Shown piece after piece: positions 9,861 to 20,720 of a DNA stretch of 64,000 nt. The stretch's first letter is position 1; each line of letters begins with the position of its first letter. Source of the stretch: Azolla caroliniana (lineage: Eukaryota > Plantae > Polypodiophyta). The DNA is taken from positions 18,352,001 through 18,416,000 of the forward strand of contig JBHGNT010000003.1 in assembly GCA_043228905.1 (NCBI GenBank), written 5' to 3'. The translations under genes and the position numbers were made by a program. The notes under the pieces are model-generated. The model was given only the letters and a program-made list of their open reading frames with translations, did no database searches and had not been told where the DNA came from.

Positions 9861-12800
9861 ATGGCATCAACATCAGGCTCGTCAGAAATGAGTCTACGAA
9901 AGTTCGATGGATCGAACTTCAACTTTTGGAAGGAACAAATGCAGGACTATCTCATAGTCAAGGGGCAAATCGACCCCATCGAACATGAAGAACCTCCAGA
10001 AGGATACAAACCAATTGAGTGGCAGAAGCTGGACAGAATCGTCCGCGCCACGATTCGGATGCACCTATCGGAATCGGTATACTTCACGGTGCAATCGTGT
10101 ACGACAGCATTCGAACTGTGGAAAACACTGTCGGACACTTACGAAAAGAAGGTCGCCGCAACGAAGATGTTTCTGATCCGGCGCCTCTACAACTTGCGGA
10201 TGAAAGAATCCGACTCGGTCCAAGCACACCTCAATGAGTACGAAAGCATAAGCTCCCAAATCTCGTCACAGGGGACGGCAATCGAGGATGAACTCAGAGC
10301 AATGATACTCATGAGCAGCCTTCCCCCATCATGGGAAACTTTCGTCACAACCGTGTGCAACGCGTCAACCACGGCTGTTAAATACTCCGAAGTCACGAGC
10401 GCAATCCTGACCGAAGCAGCTCGGAGAAAGTCTTTCGCCAAAGACTCAACAGACGACGCTTACGTAGTACAAGGTTCGACAGACCGATCGAACATACGAG
10501 GAAGAGATTCCTCACGACCGCCGAACAATCAGCGAAGACGGAGCCAGTCACGGGATAACCGAATCTGCAACTACTGCAAGAAACCCGGACACATCAAAGC
10601 CGACTGCCGCGCACTCAAGAACAAGAACAACAAGAAGAGTGGCCGGCATGAGGAGATCAACTACGTCAGCTTCTCAGCTGATGTGCTACCAGAAGACCCG
10701 AACATACTATCAATCGAAAATCCAGTTGGCTCAGAAGTTCTGCTCACGACTGAAGAATCGAGCACATGGCTCTTGGATTCGGGCGCGTCATTTCACGTGA
10801 CTCCTCATCGATCCCAATTTCGGCAATATACGATCCGTCACTCCGACTCAGTTCGGGTCGGCAACTCACAACACTGTGACATCATCGGAATCGGCACAGT
10901 AGAGCTCAACCTTGCAGGTGGCTCTACACTTGTACTCCACAATGTCCGACATGTACCCGAGCTCTCAAGGCCATTGATCTCAGTCGGACAACTAGATGAA
11001 GACGGCATTCGTGCCGGTTTCTCTTCGGGAGGGTGGACACTCCACAGGGGGAACCTCCTGCTTGCTAGAGGACCCAAGATACACTCACTGTATCCGTTAC
11101 ATGTTACGCTCAGAGAGGGTAACCTGTTTTTGGTGGATATTCCTGTGTCATCACTATGGCACCGACGATTGGGACACCTCAGCAAGGCCGGCATCACGCA
11201 TCTATCTAGAGCCGGATACATCCCCAAACTCTCCTTCTCCGACCATCAATTCTGCGAGCATTGCCAGTATGGCAAACAAGCCGCCGCATCACACCCGACA
11301 TCAGCACCAAGAGAAACGAGACCTCTCGACTTGGTCCACTCGGACGTCTGCGGCCCAATGCCGCATCAATCTCTAGGCGGTGCATCTTACTTCGTCACTT
11401 TCATTGACGACTCGACTCGAAAGGTGTGGGCGTATCCAATTCGCACCAAAGATCGTGTCTTCTCGATCTTTTCAGATTGGCTCGCTATGGTGGAAAATCA
11501 AACCGACCGAAAGCTGAAATGCTTTCGGACAGACAATGGGGGAGAGTTCAAATCCGAAGAATTCGTCAAATTCTGCCGACAACGCGGCATTCGACGTGAA
11601 TTTACGGCACCACACAGTCCGGAGCAAAACGGGATTGCCGAACGCATGAATCGGACAATCCAAGAACGGATAGTTTCCATGCTCCAACACTCCGGACTAT
11701 CGGATGGCTTCTGGGCAGAGGCTCTACTCACGGCAGCACACATAATCAATATGTCGCCAAGTAGACCTCTAGGACTTCAAATTCCTCAAGAACTATGGAT
11801 CGGCAGTAAGCCGAATTACGACAAGCTGAGGATCTTCGGATGCGAGGCGTACGCCCTTATTCCGAAAGATGATCGCCGAAAACTTGCACCTCGGTCCAGG
11901 AAATGCATTTTCCTTGGATATGGATCCGACGGCGAAATGGGATACCGACTCTGGGACCCCGAACGCAGACAAATCGTTCGAAGTTCGGACGTTGTGTTCA
12001 ACGAGTCGGCTATGAATCCATCAATCGAAAAACCAATCGAAGTCCGAAGGGTAACATTTTCCGATATGCCGACCCTTCAAGAAGGCCCTGCTCTCAACAC
12101 ACGGTCAGCTTCACGGGTAGCTGAACCTTACACTACCGACTCGGACAACCCCGACTCGGCACAGCAGAACAATCCGCTTTCGGACCATCCGACCACGATA
12201 CCCGATGCGACCAGTCCAATCATGCCTCGACGATCCGAGAGACTGTCGCAACCTCCGGAGAGGTATTCTCCTGGAATTTTCTTCACCGACGCCGGCGAAC
12301 CGACGTCTTACGAAGAGGCATCGACATCTGTCGATTCAGCCACCTGGCATCTGGCGATGGAGTCGGAAATGCACTCCATTCGGGCAAACAAGACTTGGGA
12401 TCTGGTCGAATTACCTAGGAACCGACGTGCTCTTCCTTGCAAGTGGGTTTATCGACTAAAAGAGACGTCAGATTCGACCACCCCAAAGTACAAGGCCAGA
12501 TTAGTTGCGAAGGGCTTCCGACAAGAATATGGCGTCGACTTCGACGAGATTTTTTCACCAGTGGTGAAAATGACAACCCTTCGTTTCCTACTCGGCGTAG
12601 TGGCAGCCGACAACTTGGAGCTGATTCAGCTAGATGTCAAAACAGCCTTCCTCCATGGTGATCTCGAGGAGGAAATTTATATGGAGCAGCCAAAAGGCTT
12701 CGTGGCAACCGGCCAAGAACATCTAGTCTGCCGACTCAGGAAGAGTCTATACGGCCTCAAACAGGCACCGCGACAATGGTACAAGAAGTTCGACGACTTC

Positions 12801-13874
12801 ATCCAATCGCTCGGCTTCTCAAAAAGCGATGAGGACCATTGTCTCTTCACCAACACAGCTCAAGATGGATCACCCATCTTCCTCATCATTTACGTGGACG
12901 ACATGCTAATTTCTGGACGCCACGCGGGCGAACTTGCCGATCTCATTCGGCAACTGCGGTTGAAGTTTGCCATGAAGGACCTCGGTCCGGCACGACACAT
13001 ACTCGGCATGAAGATTAGTCGGCATCGCGATAAACGACATCTTTTTTTGTCTCAGACCGACTATACCCGACGTGTCTTAGAACGCTTCAACATGCAATCA
13101 GCCAAATCTGCTTCGACCCCGCTCCCCATGAATCTTCGGCTCTCTCAGCGAGACTGCCCGACATCCGGTCCGGAGGGGGAAGATATGAAGTCGGTACCGT
13201 ATGCACCGGCAGTCGGCTCCCTTATGTACCTGATGGTCGCGACACGGCCTGATATTTCTCATGCAGTAGGAGTCGTTAGCAGATTTATGCACAATCCTGG
13301 CCGATCGCATTGGAACGCAGTCAAGCATGTGTTCAGATATCTGACTGGCACAAAAGACCATGGCATTCTTTTCGGTCCGAACCGAACCTCTGGCGTAGTC
13401 GGTTACACCGACTCGGACTTCGCCGGCTGTATAGACAGTCGGAAATCAACAACCGGATACTGCTTCAAATTCGGCAATGGAGCAATCTCGTGGAAGTCGA
13501 AACTTCAGGAGTGCACAGCGACCTCAACGACCGAAGCAGAATATGTAGCTGCGTCCGACGCAGCAAAAGAAGCTTTGTGGCTCGGTCGGCTGGCGCACAC
13601 GTTTCGACAAGTCGAACATGACTCGGCTCCAGTTATCTACAGCGACAGTCAAGGTGCTGTTGCCTTGTCAAAAAATCCGGTTCACCACAACGCCTCCAAA
13701 CATATCGACGTTCGATATCACTTCGTTCGGGACTGCGTCATCTCAGGGAAAATCGGTCTAGAGAAAATATCCACAACCGACAATGTCGCAGATGGAATGA
13801 CCAAGTGTCTCTCGGCAGACCGTTTTCGGTCTCTTCGGCATCAGATGGGCGTAACGACAAACCAGTCCGGTTAG
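9861..13874 (+). CDS. Copia gag-pol polyprotein (gag, CCHC knuckle, protease, GAG-pre-integrase, integrase, RT, RNase H)
   Basis: CNYCKKPGHIKADC, WLLDSGAS, LWHRRLGH, VHSDVCGP, RTDNGGEF, QLDVKTAFLHG, YVDDML, YTDSDFAG and KHIDVRYHF occur in Copia order. ATG at 9861. Confidence 0.97.
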   Translation: MASTSGSSEMSLRKFDGSNFNFWKEQMQDYLIVKGQIDPIEHEEPPEGYKPIEWQKLDRIVRATIRMHLSESVYFTVQSCTTAFELWKTLSDTYEKKVAATKMFLIRRLYNLRMKESDSVQAHLNEYESISSQISSQGTAIEDELRAMILMSSLPPSWETFVTTVCNASTTAVKYSEVTSAILTEAARRKSFAKDSTDDAYVVQGSTDRSNIRGRDSSRPPNNQRRRSQSRDNRICNYCKKPGHIKADCRALKNKNNKKSGRHEEINYVSFSADVLPEDPNILSIENPVGSEVLLTTEESSTWLLDSGASFHVTPHRSQFRQYTIRHSDSVRVGNSQHCDIIGIGTVELNLAGGSTLVLHNVRHVPELSRPLISVGQLDEDGIRAGFSSGGWTLHRGNLLLARGPKIHSLYPLHVTLREGNLFLVDIPVSSLWHRRLGHLSKAGITHLSRAGYIPKLSFSDHQFCEHCQYGKQAAASHPTSAPRETRPLDLVHSDVCGPMPHQSLGGASYFVTFIDDSTRKVWAYPIRTKDRVFSIFSDWLAMVENQTDRKLKCFRTDNGGEFKSEEFVKFCRQRGIRREFTAPHSPEQNGIAERMNRTIQERIVSMLQHSGLSDGFWAEALLTAAHIINMSPSRPLGLQIPQELWIGSKPNYDKLRIFGCEAYALIPKDDRRKLAPRSRKCIFLGYGSDGEMGYRLWDPERRQIVRSSDVVFNESAMNPSIEKPIEVRRVTFSDMPTLQEGPALNTRSASRVAEPYTTDSDNPDSAQQNNPLSDHPTTIPDATSPIMPRRSERLSQPPERYSPGIFFTDAGEPTSYEEASTSVDSATWHLAMESEMHSIRANKTWDLVELPRNRRALPCKWVYRLKETSDSTTPKYKARLVAKGFRQEYGVDFDEIFSPVVKMTTLRFLLGVVAADNLELIQLDVKTAFLHGDLEEEIYMEQPKGFVATGQEHLVCRLRKSLYGLKQAPRQWYKKFDDFIQSLGFSKSDEDHCLFTNTAQDGSPIFLIIYVDDMLISGRHAGELADLIRQLRLKFAMKDLGPARHILGMKISRHRDKRHLFLSQTDYTRRVLERFNMQSAKSASTPLPMNLRLSQRDCPTSGPEGEDMKSVPYAPAVGSLMYLMVATRPDISHAVGVVSRFMHNPGRSHWNAVKHVFRYLTGTKDHGILFGPNRTSGVVGYTDSDFAGCIDSRKSTTGYCFKFGNGAISWKSKLQECTATSTTEAEYVAASDAAKEALWLGRLAHTFRQVEHDSAPVIYSDSQGAVALSKNPVHHNASKHIDVRYHFVRDCVISGKIGLEKISTTDNVADGMTKCLSADRFRSLRHQMGVTTNQSG

Positions 13875-14067
13875 AGCCGGGCACAGAGCAGGATGGTTCC
13901 CGACAACCGACATCAGTTCCTTAATGATCGGCTTCAACTGTTCCGACCCGACCAGTTCGGTCTTCTGCCTTCGGACCCTGCCGACTCGAACAAAGCTGAT
14001 ATGTCCGAGAACCTAAGTCTATACCTGTAATCTTAGATAACCCATGTATACGCCCATTACGGGGGAG

Positions 14068-14356
14068 TGTCGAATACATGTGTATAATGGACGTATTCAA
14101 CATTATCCCGTTTTGGCCATTTATGTAATTATCATAAAGGGTAGTTGCCCTAAGTCGGTCACTATATATAGTGACCTTGTAACCTCTTTGTGAGGTTGGT
14201 TGTTGTATCATTTGTTTATGCAATAGAGTGCTTTTGTGCCTCTTTGTCTCTCTCTCTCTCTCTCTCTGTGCAACGACCTACGAACAGTCATACGCAGGTA
14301 CTGAACAGCAATCGAATGCTTCTAGATCTTCCGCATTGACGACATTGCTTCCAACA
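14068..14356 (+). repeat. 3' LTR of intact Copia
   Basis: Direct repeat of 8895-9183, preceded by the PPT. Confidence 0.97.
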
Positions 14357-14667
14357 TATAGAGTGAGAGAGAGAGAGATACAGAGTGATACTTTATTGTA
14401 ACCGCCGGCTGGCGAAGATACAGAGCTCAAGGTCGTTGCCTCCGAGTTTCTGAGTGTACCCCCTTTCTTCATAGTGTTAGTTTGGAGTCTGTGGGCTCGT
14501 GTGTTTTTTCCCTATTAGGGTTTTCCACGTAAACATCTTGTGTACTCTCTATTGTCCGAGGAAGTACGTGTGTTCTCTCCCCATTTCCCATTTCTGTGTT
14601 TGATCCTTCAATGAAGTGTTTCATTACTCGGTTGTGGCCGAGCTATATTCCGCGCGATTTTCTTCAA

Positions 14668-17600
14668 AGAGATGAGCAACAGAAACTCAAAATTAAACTA
14701 AATTCATTCTTTCTCTTTCTATCTCCCTGTCTCTGTTAATCTATATGGTATCAGAGCAAGGTTCCATATCCTATTACAAAGAAACAGAGATAGAATCAAG
14801 AAATAGCTCAAACAGGCCCAATTTCTTACCCTCTTCAAAGATCTTATAGAAAAAAAAAAACAATCACTCATTAGGCCAGAATTCTTACCCTGCTTTAAAA
14901 GACCTGTGGACTCTTGGTTCTGAACAATTTCTAATTCAACCATGGCTCAGGCAACCCCATCATCCCAAAATTTCCTATATAGAAAAATAACAATAAACAA
15001 ATTGAATAATACCAACTACAGAGTTTGGAGTAGCAAAATGACTCTCATCTTCAAACAACTAAAATTATGGATAGTGGTTGAGGGCAGATAGACACAACCC
15101 ACAATGTTAGACCAGAACTACTCTGCATGGGAAGAAAAAGATCTAGCAGCAAGGCTAGAAATCATGTCGAATCTGGAGGACCAACAAGCCAACACGATTA
15201 GAAATTGTTGCACTGCAAATGCCATGTGGATCGACTTGAAGAATGAATTCGAACCAACTACAGACGAAAATCAGGTCATGACTCTAAACTCATTAGTAAT
15301 TTTAAAGATGCAAGAAGAAGAGGATATGTGTGCATTTATAAACTCATGGAAATGTAAACTAGATGATTGTCTTACGTTTGGAGTTGAAATAGAGTCAAAA
15401 TTGCAAAGACTTCTCCTATTAGGTGCATTGCCACCATCATGGAGCACTTTCGTGACCACCCAAAATTTCAACACCAACAGAACCTGCATTGACCTCATAA
15501 ATTGTATAAGACAAGAAGAGGCAATGAAAAAGGCACACCGGTCAGAACAAACACAACACACATTAGCAATGGTAGCATACCGTAGCAAACAACCATATCA
15601 AAATAAAAGAACGGAATACAAGCCCAGAAACTACCCAGAAAATTCTAGATCACAAACCGGAGGCCTCAGGTTCTCACAAATTTTCTGCATCATCTGCAAG
15701 AAATCTGGACATACCAACAATCAATGTAGGTTTAGACAAACCAGAATTAAACTACCATATCAAAGATCTAGATCTCGAGTAGAAGCCCACTTAGTTGAAG
15801 AAAATTCAGAAGATGAGTCATACCCAACCGAAACAAACGATGAAAAAATTGACGACGGTTATGATGACCTCATGCAAGCCTTCCTTGCAGAATCTTTAAC
15901 TGCAAGAATCAATACAAAACTGAAATTAGACAACACCTAGTACTTTGATACCGGTGCCACTCATCACATGACAAATAATAGGCAATCCATCAAAAACTAT
16001 AACCCCTTACCAGTACCAATCCCCGTCGTGTTTGGTAATAATGGTAGACTAAATGCTTTAGGAAAAGGGGAAGTAAACCTTTTCTTGGAAGACAATCAGT
16101 TTCTCATAGTAGACAATGTTTATTTTGTTCCTAGAATCACTAAAAACCTACTATCAGTTTGTCAAGCAACCAAAAATGGTAACTCCATAAAGTTCGAAGA
16201 AACACATGCAAAAATTAAGCATAAAACCCCAGATGGACAAATAATTAAGTACATCTGTAAACATCTAGATGAAGGACTCTATCGTATCCCATGCACACCC
16301 ACAACTATCACATTAGAAGCACACTATACATCAACAAACGAACAATATACTCTAACAAATTTGTGGCACCATCGACTCGCACACACTCATCTATAAGCCA
16401 TAAAAAATATGCAACTTCATAACATGGCACTAGGCCTTCCAAAAGCCCATCTCACAAACCAGAAAATCTGCGAAGGGTGCATTCTTGGAAAGATGCCCCA
16501 ACATCTTTTTCCACACCGACAAACCACAAGTAGTCGACCCCTACAACTCGTCTACAGATATCTCTGTGGCCCATTCCCTACAAAATCAATCAGTGGATCA
16601 ATATATTTCGTAAGCTTCATCGATGACTATAGTAAATTCACCGTTATTACTTTCTTAAAAACAAAAAATCAAGCCCTAACTGCATTAAAAAATTATCTTC
16701 TCCTTGTTGAAAATTTAACTAACCAAAAACTACAATCCTTACAAAACCGATGGAGGAGGGGAATACCATTGAAATGACTTCATAAGCTTCTGTAAATCAC
16801 AAGGAATCCACCATCGAAGGTCCGTTCCTCACACACCTCAACAAAACAACACTATACAAAGGAAAAATAGAAGTCTGTTAAATGCCGCTCACAGCATGCT
16901 ACATGCTGCAAAACTAGAATCAAAATTCTGGGAAGAAGCTATTGCAACAACCTGCTATATCCAAAATCGAATCTACCACCACTCCCTAGGCTTCCTCACT
17001 CCATTCAAACTCTGGTATGGACATAAACCACATCTCCAAAATCTGAAAATATTCTGTTGTCCTGCATTTCCTCACATACCAGACACCAAAAGAAAGAACC
17101 TTGATACAAAAGCCAAGAAAGCTATCTTTTTAGGCTATGGCGATGCCCATGGTTATAAAGCCTATCAGCTAGATAACCCAGACACAAACACGTTATTTTT
17201 CAGTAGAAGCATCCTATTTGTCAAATAAAACATTCTCCAAAAACATAACAACTCTAACACTTCCTTAACAAACATAGAAAACGATCAACACAATCAAGGT
17301 AATCTCACTCTGTGGCGGTTACAACTCAACGAATACTGTCCACATGATCCGCACCACGGCTTCACAAGCACTACCCCTACACCATCCTCAGTTTCCCTCA
17401 CCTTAACGGCACCCTCACATCATCACTCTTCTGACGCTGAATATGGCCCCACATATCAAGACACCCCCATAAACTTATCAAACATTGCACAATCTTCCTC
17501 TTTGTGTGAAGACAACAAACATGTGTACAAATATCAAAAACTTACCTCGGCAAAGCGACCAATTCACAACGCGCCATGGGATGAGCAAGATGACCATACT

Positions 17601-19905
17601 CAACTACCTTCAACTTCTACTTGCTCACTCCATCCCCGCCCACTGTCACCACTGCACGTCACTAATAAGGCCTCGTCCAGCTCTAATACTTATAGGATCA
17701 TGTCTTCTGATGAGGAAGAAAAGGATAGTCACGGCCTCATCCGGCCGCAACAAACAGACCACCGCGACTATCATGAACTATTCAAGGTAGCATCACCGAG
17801 CCCGCACTCTTGACTCAATTCAAGGTAGCACCACTCAAACGATGGGCACCCTCGTGCATTTTCACACCCAAAGACTACGAAAAATTCAAACTCGAGCCAA
17901 ACACCCCACAAAAGAAACACCTACACATCCCAAATACCGACATTATACCTCCTAGACACCTTAGAAAACTATCAGCCATTCTACCAAGAATTAGACAAAC
18001 TGGAGTGTCATTTTAACGATCTTGATACGAAACATACATCCAACCTCAACATAGACAGTCCACATACAGATCTCGAAGAACCCACCAATGTCAAAGAAGT
18101 ACTTCAAAGCCCAAATGCAGATCATTGGATAAATGCAATGAAAGAAGAAATGCATTCCCTTACCAAAAATAAAACATGGGACCTAGTGAAAAAATGCACC
18201 GACCGCAAGATTATCACTTGCAAGTGGGTGCTCAAAATAAAGTCTGACCCCCAAGGACAACTTGTTCGCTTTAAAGCAAGGCTAGTTGCTCGAGGCTTCA
18301 CCCAAGTGCCCAGAATAGACTTCACAGATACTTTTAGTCCCACACTACGGATAACATCTTGTCAATTATTTGTGGCCATCGTTGCGGCTCAAAAGCTCGA
18401 ACTTCATCACTTGGACGTTCAAACCGCTTTTCTACATGGTGACCTTGAAGAAGAAATCTATATGGCACAACCCCCCTATTTTCAGAATACACAATTTTCA
18501 ACACATATCTACAAACTGCGGAAGTCAATATACGGCCTACGACAATCATCTTGAGCCTGGTATTATCATCTCCATACTTTTCTAATCAAATGTGGATATA
18601 ATAGACTTAAAAGTGAACTAAACATCTATTTTAGAAAATCGGCATCCAACTTCATCATATTCGGAGTATATGTGGATGATTTTCCCTTACTATCAAATTC
18701 TCTATCTTATTGAAGTTTTCGTAAACAAGAGTTAAAATCAGTTTTTCCTATCACCGATCTTGGACCCATGACCTATTTTCTAGGAAAAGAAGTAAAAATA
18801 AATACAGGACTAGGACAAATATCACTCTCATAATCTTGATATATCGATAATATTCTAAAACATTTTAACATGGAACATTGCAAACCCATATCTAGGAAAC
18901 TTCCTACCACACTTAAGTTCTCCATTGAGGATAGCCCAAACTCACTCATAGAAGAAACTGAAATGAAAAGCATCCCCTATAGACAAGTAATAGGCTCCAT
19001 CCGATATCTAGTTAGTAGCACGAGACCAGATTTATGCTTTAGTACAAGATTACTATCACGCTTTATGACGAACCTTGGTCCTAAACATTGGATATCTTAA
19101 ACATACTAAACACTTGTGTCTTACTTTGCAATCCACGCATTTGGAATCGATCCAACCAAAACTATGTGGATGGGCAAACCCCCCTCAACTGCTCTTCATG
19201 GATGGACCGACACCGACTGAGGGGGAGATGTGGATGACTGTAAATCCCCAAGTGGCTATGTTCGATTGCATGGAGGTCGGAGAGACAAGCTACAGTTTCA
19301 CTATCTTCGACAGAAACGGAATATGTTGTTGCCACCCTAGTTGCAAAAGAAGGAATCTGGCTCATAGCCATATTAGAAGAATTAAATTTTGTTGAAGAAA
19401 AACCAATAGAAATCTACTGCGACAATCAGTCATGCTTAAAGTTGGCAAGCAACCCAAGAATCAACGACAACATACGTCACATATCTTTCAAACACCATTT
19501 CTTAAGTGACATGATTGAAGAAAAGAAGATCAACATAAAGTTTACGCCATCAACTTTGATGTGGGCAGATTTCTTGACAAAGCCAATAGCAAGTCATGAA
19601 CATCTAGAATGTTGCAAAAACATCGGACTACTCAATCATACAAAAACTGAAGATAAAAGCTTGGAATTTTGATTATTTCCCTTAGGGGGGAGTGTTGGAA
19701 AATATAAGGAAAATAATTAAAATTGTAAAATAACTAAATAAACAGTTATGACTCCTGATATGAAGAGTCACACGAATAGACACTTGTTCTCTATAAGAAA
19801 ACAAATCCACGTCTCTTTCTAATTGAGGAGAGATGAGCAATAGAAACTCAAAATTAAACTAAAGTATTCTTTCTCTTTCTATCTCCCTGTCTCTGTTAAT
19901 CTATA
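14668..19905 (+). mobile_element. Degenerate Copia element 2; 5' LTR interrupted, 3' LTR at 19693-19905
   Basis: 14668-14745 matches the 3' end of the LTR at 19693-19905. PBS TGGTATCAGAGC at 14746. PPT AGGGGGGAG at 19684-19692. LTR termini TG...TA. Confidence 0.9.
14942..19672 (+). pseudogene. Disrupted Copia gag-pol
   Basis: Fragments CIICKKSGHTNNQC, YFDTGATHHM, LWHHRLAH, FIDDYSK, HLDVQTAFLHGDL, YVDD and ADFLTK, with many stops and frameshifts. Confidence 0.9.
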
Positions 19906-20442
19906 CCTCTCCCCATCGAGTTCGTAGTTGTCATCCAACTTCTATTGTTGAAGGTAGTTGGTTGATTGTTATATGTCAAACGCGTATTTGCTTTGATGTC
20001 ACTGATTCGTTCTGCTACTCGCATGGCTTCTTCACATGATTGTGGGTTCATCTTCTCCACCTCCATCCAAATACGTGATCTTAAGCCCGACACAAACCCA
20101 TGAAGCTTGGTGATTTGATGTAGATGGGGTAGTTGTAATACTAATTGACGATATTTCTCAATATAGATGGTAAGTTGGCCTTCTCCCTGCTTCAATACCT
20201 TCCACCCATCCATAAGGCGTAAATGCTCATTCTGAGGGATAAAATACCTCTGCAACTCTCTTTTGAACTCTATCTATCAAGACACACACACACAGAGACA
20301 CATAGAGAGAGATAGAGTGAAAGGGAAATATTGTATTGTAGAGTAAAATGGATTACAAGGAGTAGGCAATATAGTGCTACAAAATGGTCTTGAACCAATT
20401 TAGGTTTGGGATGATTGATAGATCCCTATTTATAAGTAATAG

Positions 20443-20582
20443 AGAACACTCTAGAACATTCTAGGTCATCCTAGAATGTAGCGTAATCTAGAAGGTTTCT
20501 AGAGTATTCTAGAAGTTTCTAGTGTATAGAACACTCTAGAATATTCTAGGTTATTCTAGAATGTATAGTAATATAGAATATC
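20443..20582. promoter_or_regulatory. Cluster of heat-shock-element-like nGAAn inverted repeats in chromovirus U3 (also about 25955-26092)
   Basis: AGAACATTCT, TTCTAGAAGTTTC, AGAATATTCT and TTCTAGAA lie just upstream of the LTR TATA box (minus strand, 20427-20434). Confidence 0.6.
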
Positions 20583-20720
20583 CCTATGATATTAGATTAT
20601 ATATTCTAAAAACCATACATAAAAAAATATTTATACAATGGTTGAGGATTTGACATGTGTGCAACAAGGTCGTGGGTTCAAATCCTTTCAAGGCATGATG
20701 TGAGTGTCATTCATCATGAG

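Larger units (their letters stand above)
8895..14356 (+). mobile_element. Intact, very recent Ty1/Copia LTR retrotransposon
   Basis: 289-bp TG..CA LTRs at 8895-9183 and 14068-14356, apparently identical. TSD TATAG at 8890-8894 and 14357-14361. PBS TGGTATCAGAGC (tRNA-iMet) at 9186-9197. PPT GGGGGAG at 14061-14067. Uninterrupted gag-pol. Confidence 0.98.
8755..14666 (+). mobile_element. Probable solo LTR (8755-8894 plus 14362-14666) split by the young Copia
   Basis: Starts TG(TG)AAAAAG and ends TTCTTCA. The U5-like part GGGTTTTCCACGTAAACATCTTGTGT resembles plant Copia LTRs. Flanks AAGA/AAGA form only an imperfect TSD. Confidence 0.45.

Noticed and set aside
9055-9988. ORFs in the Copia LTR/5' leader and antisense ORFs across the retroelements (e.g. 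49323-50396, 29073-29744)
   Set aside because: They overlap LTR/UTR or lie antisense to pol, have no recognisable motifs, and are expected in GC-richer sequence.
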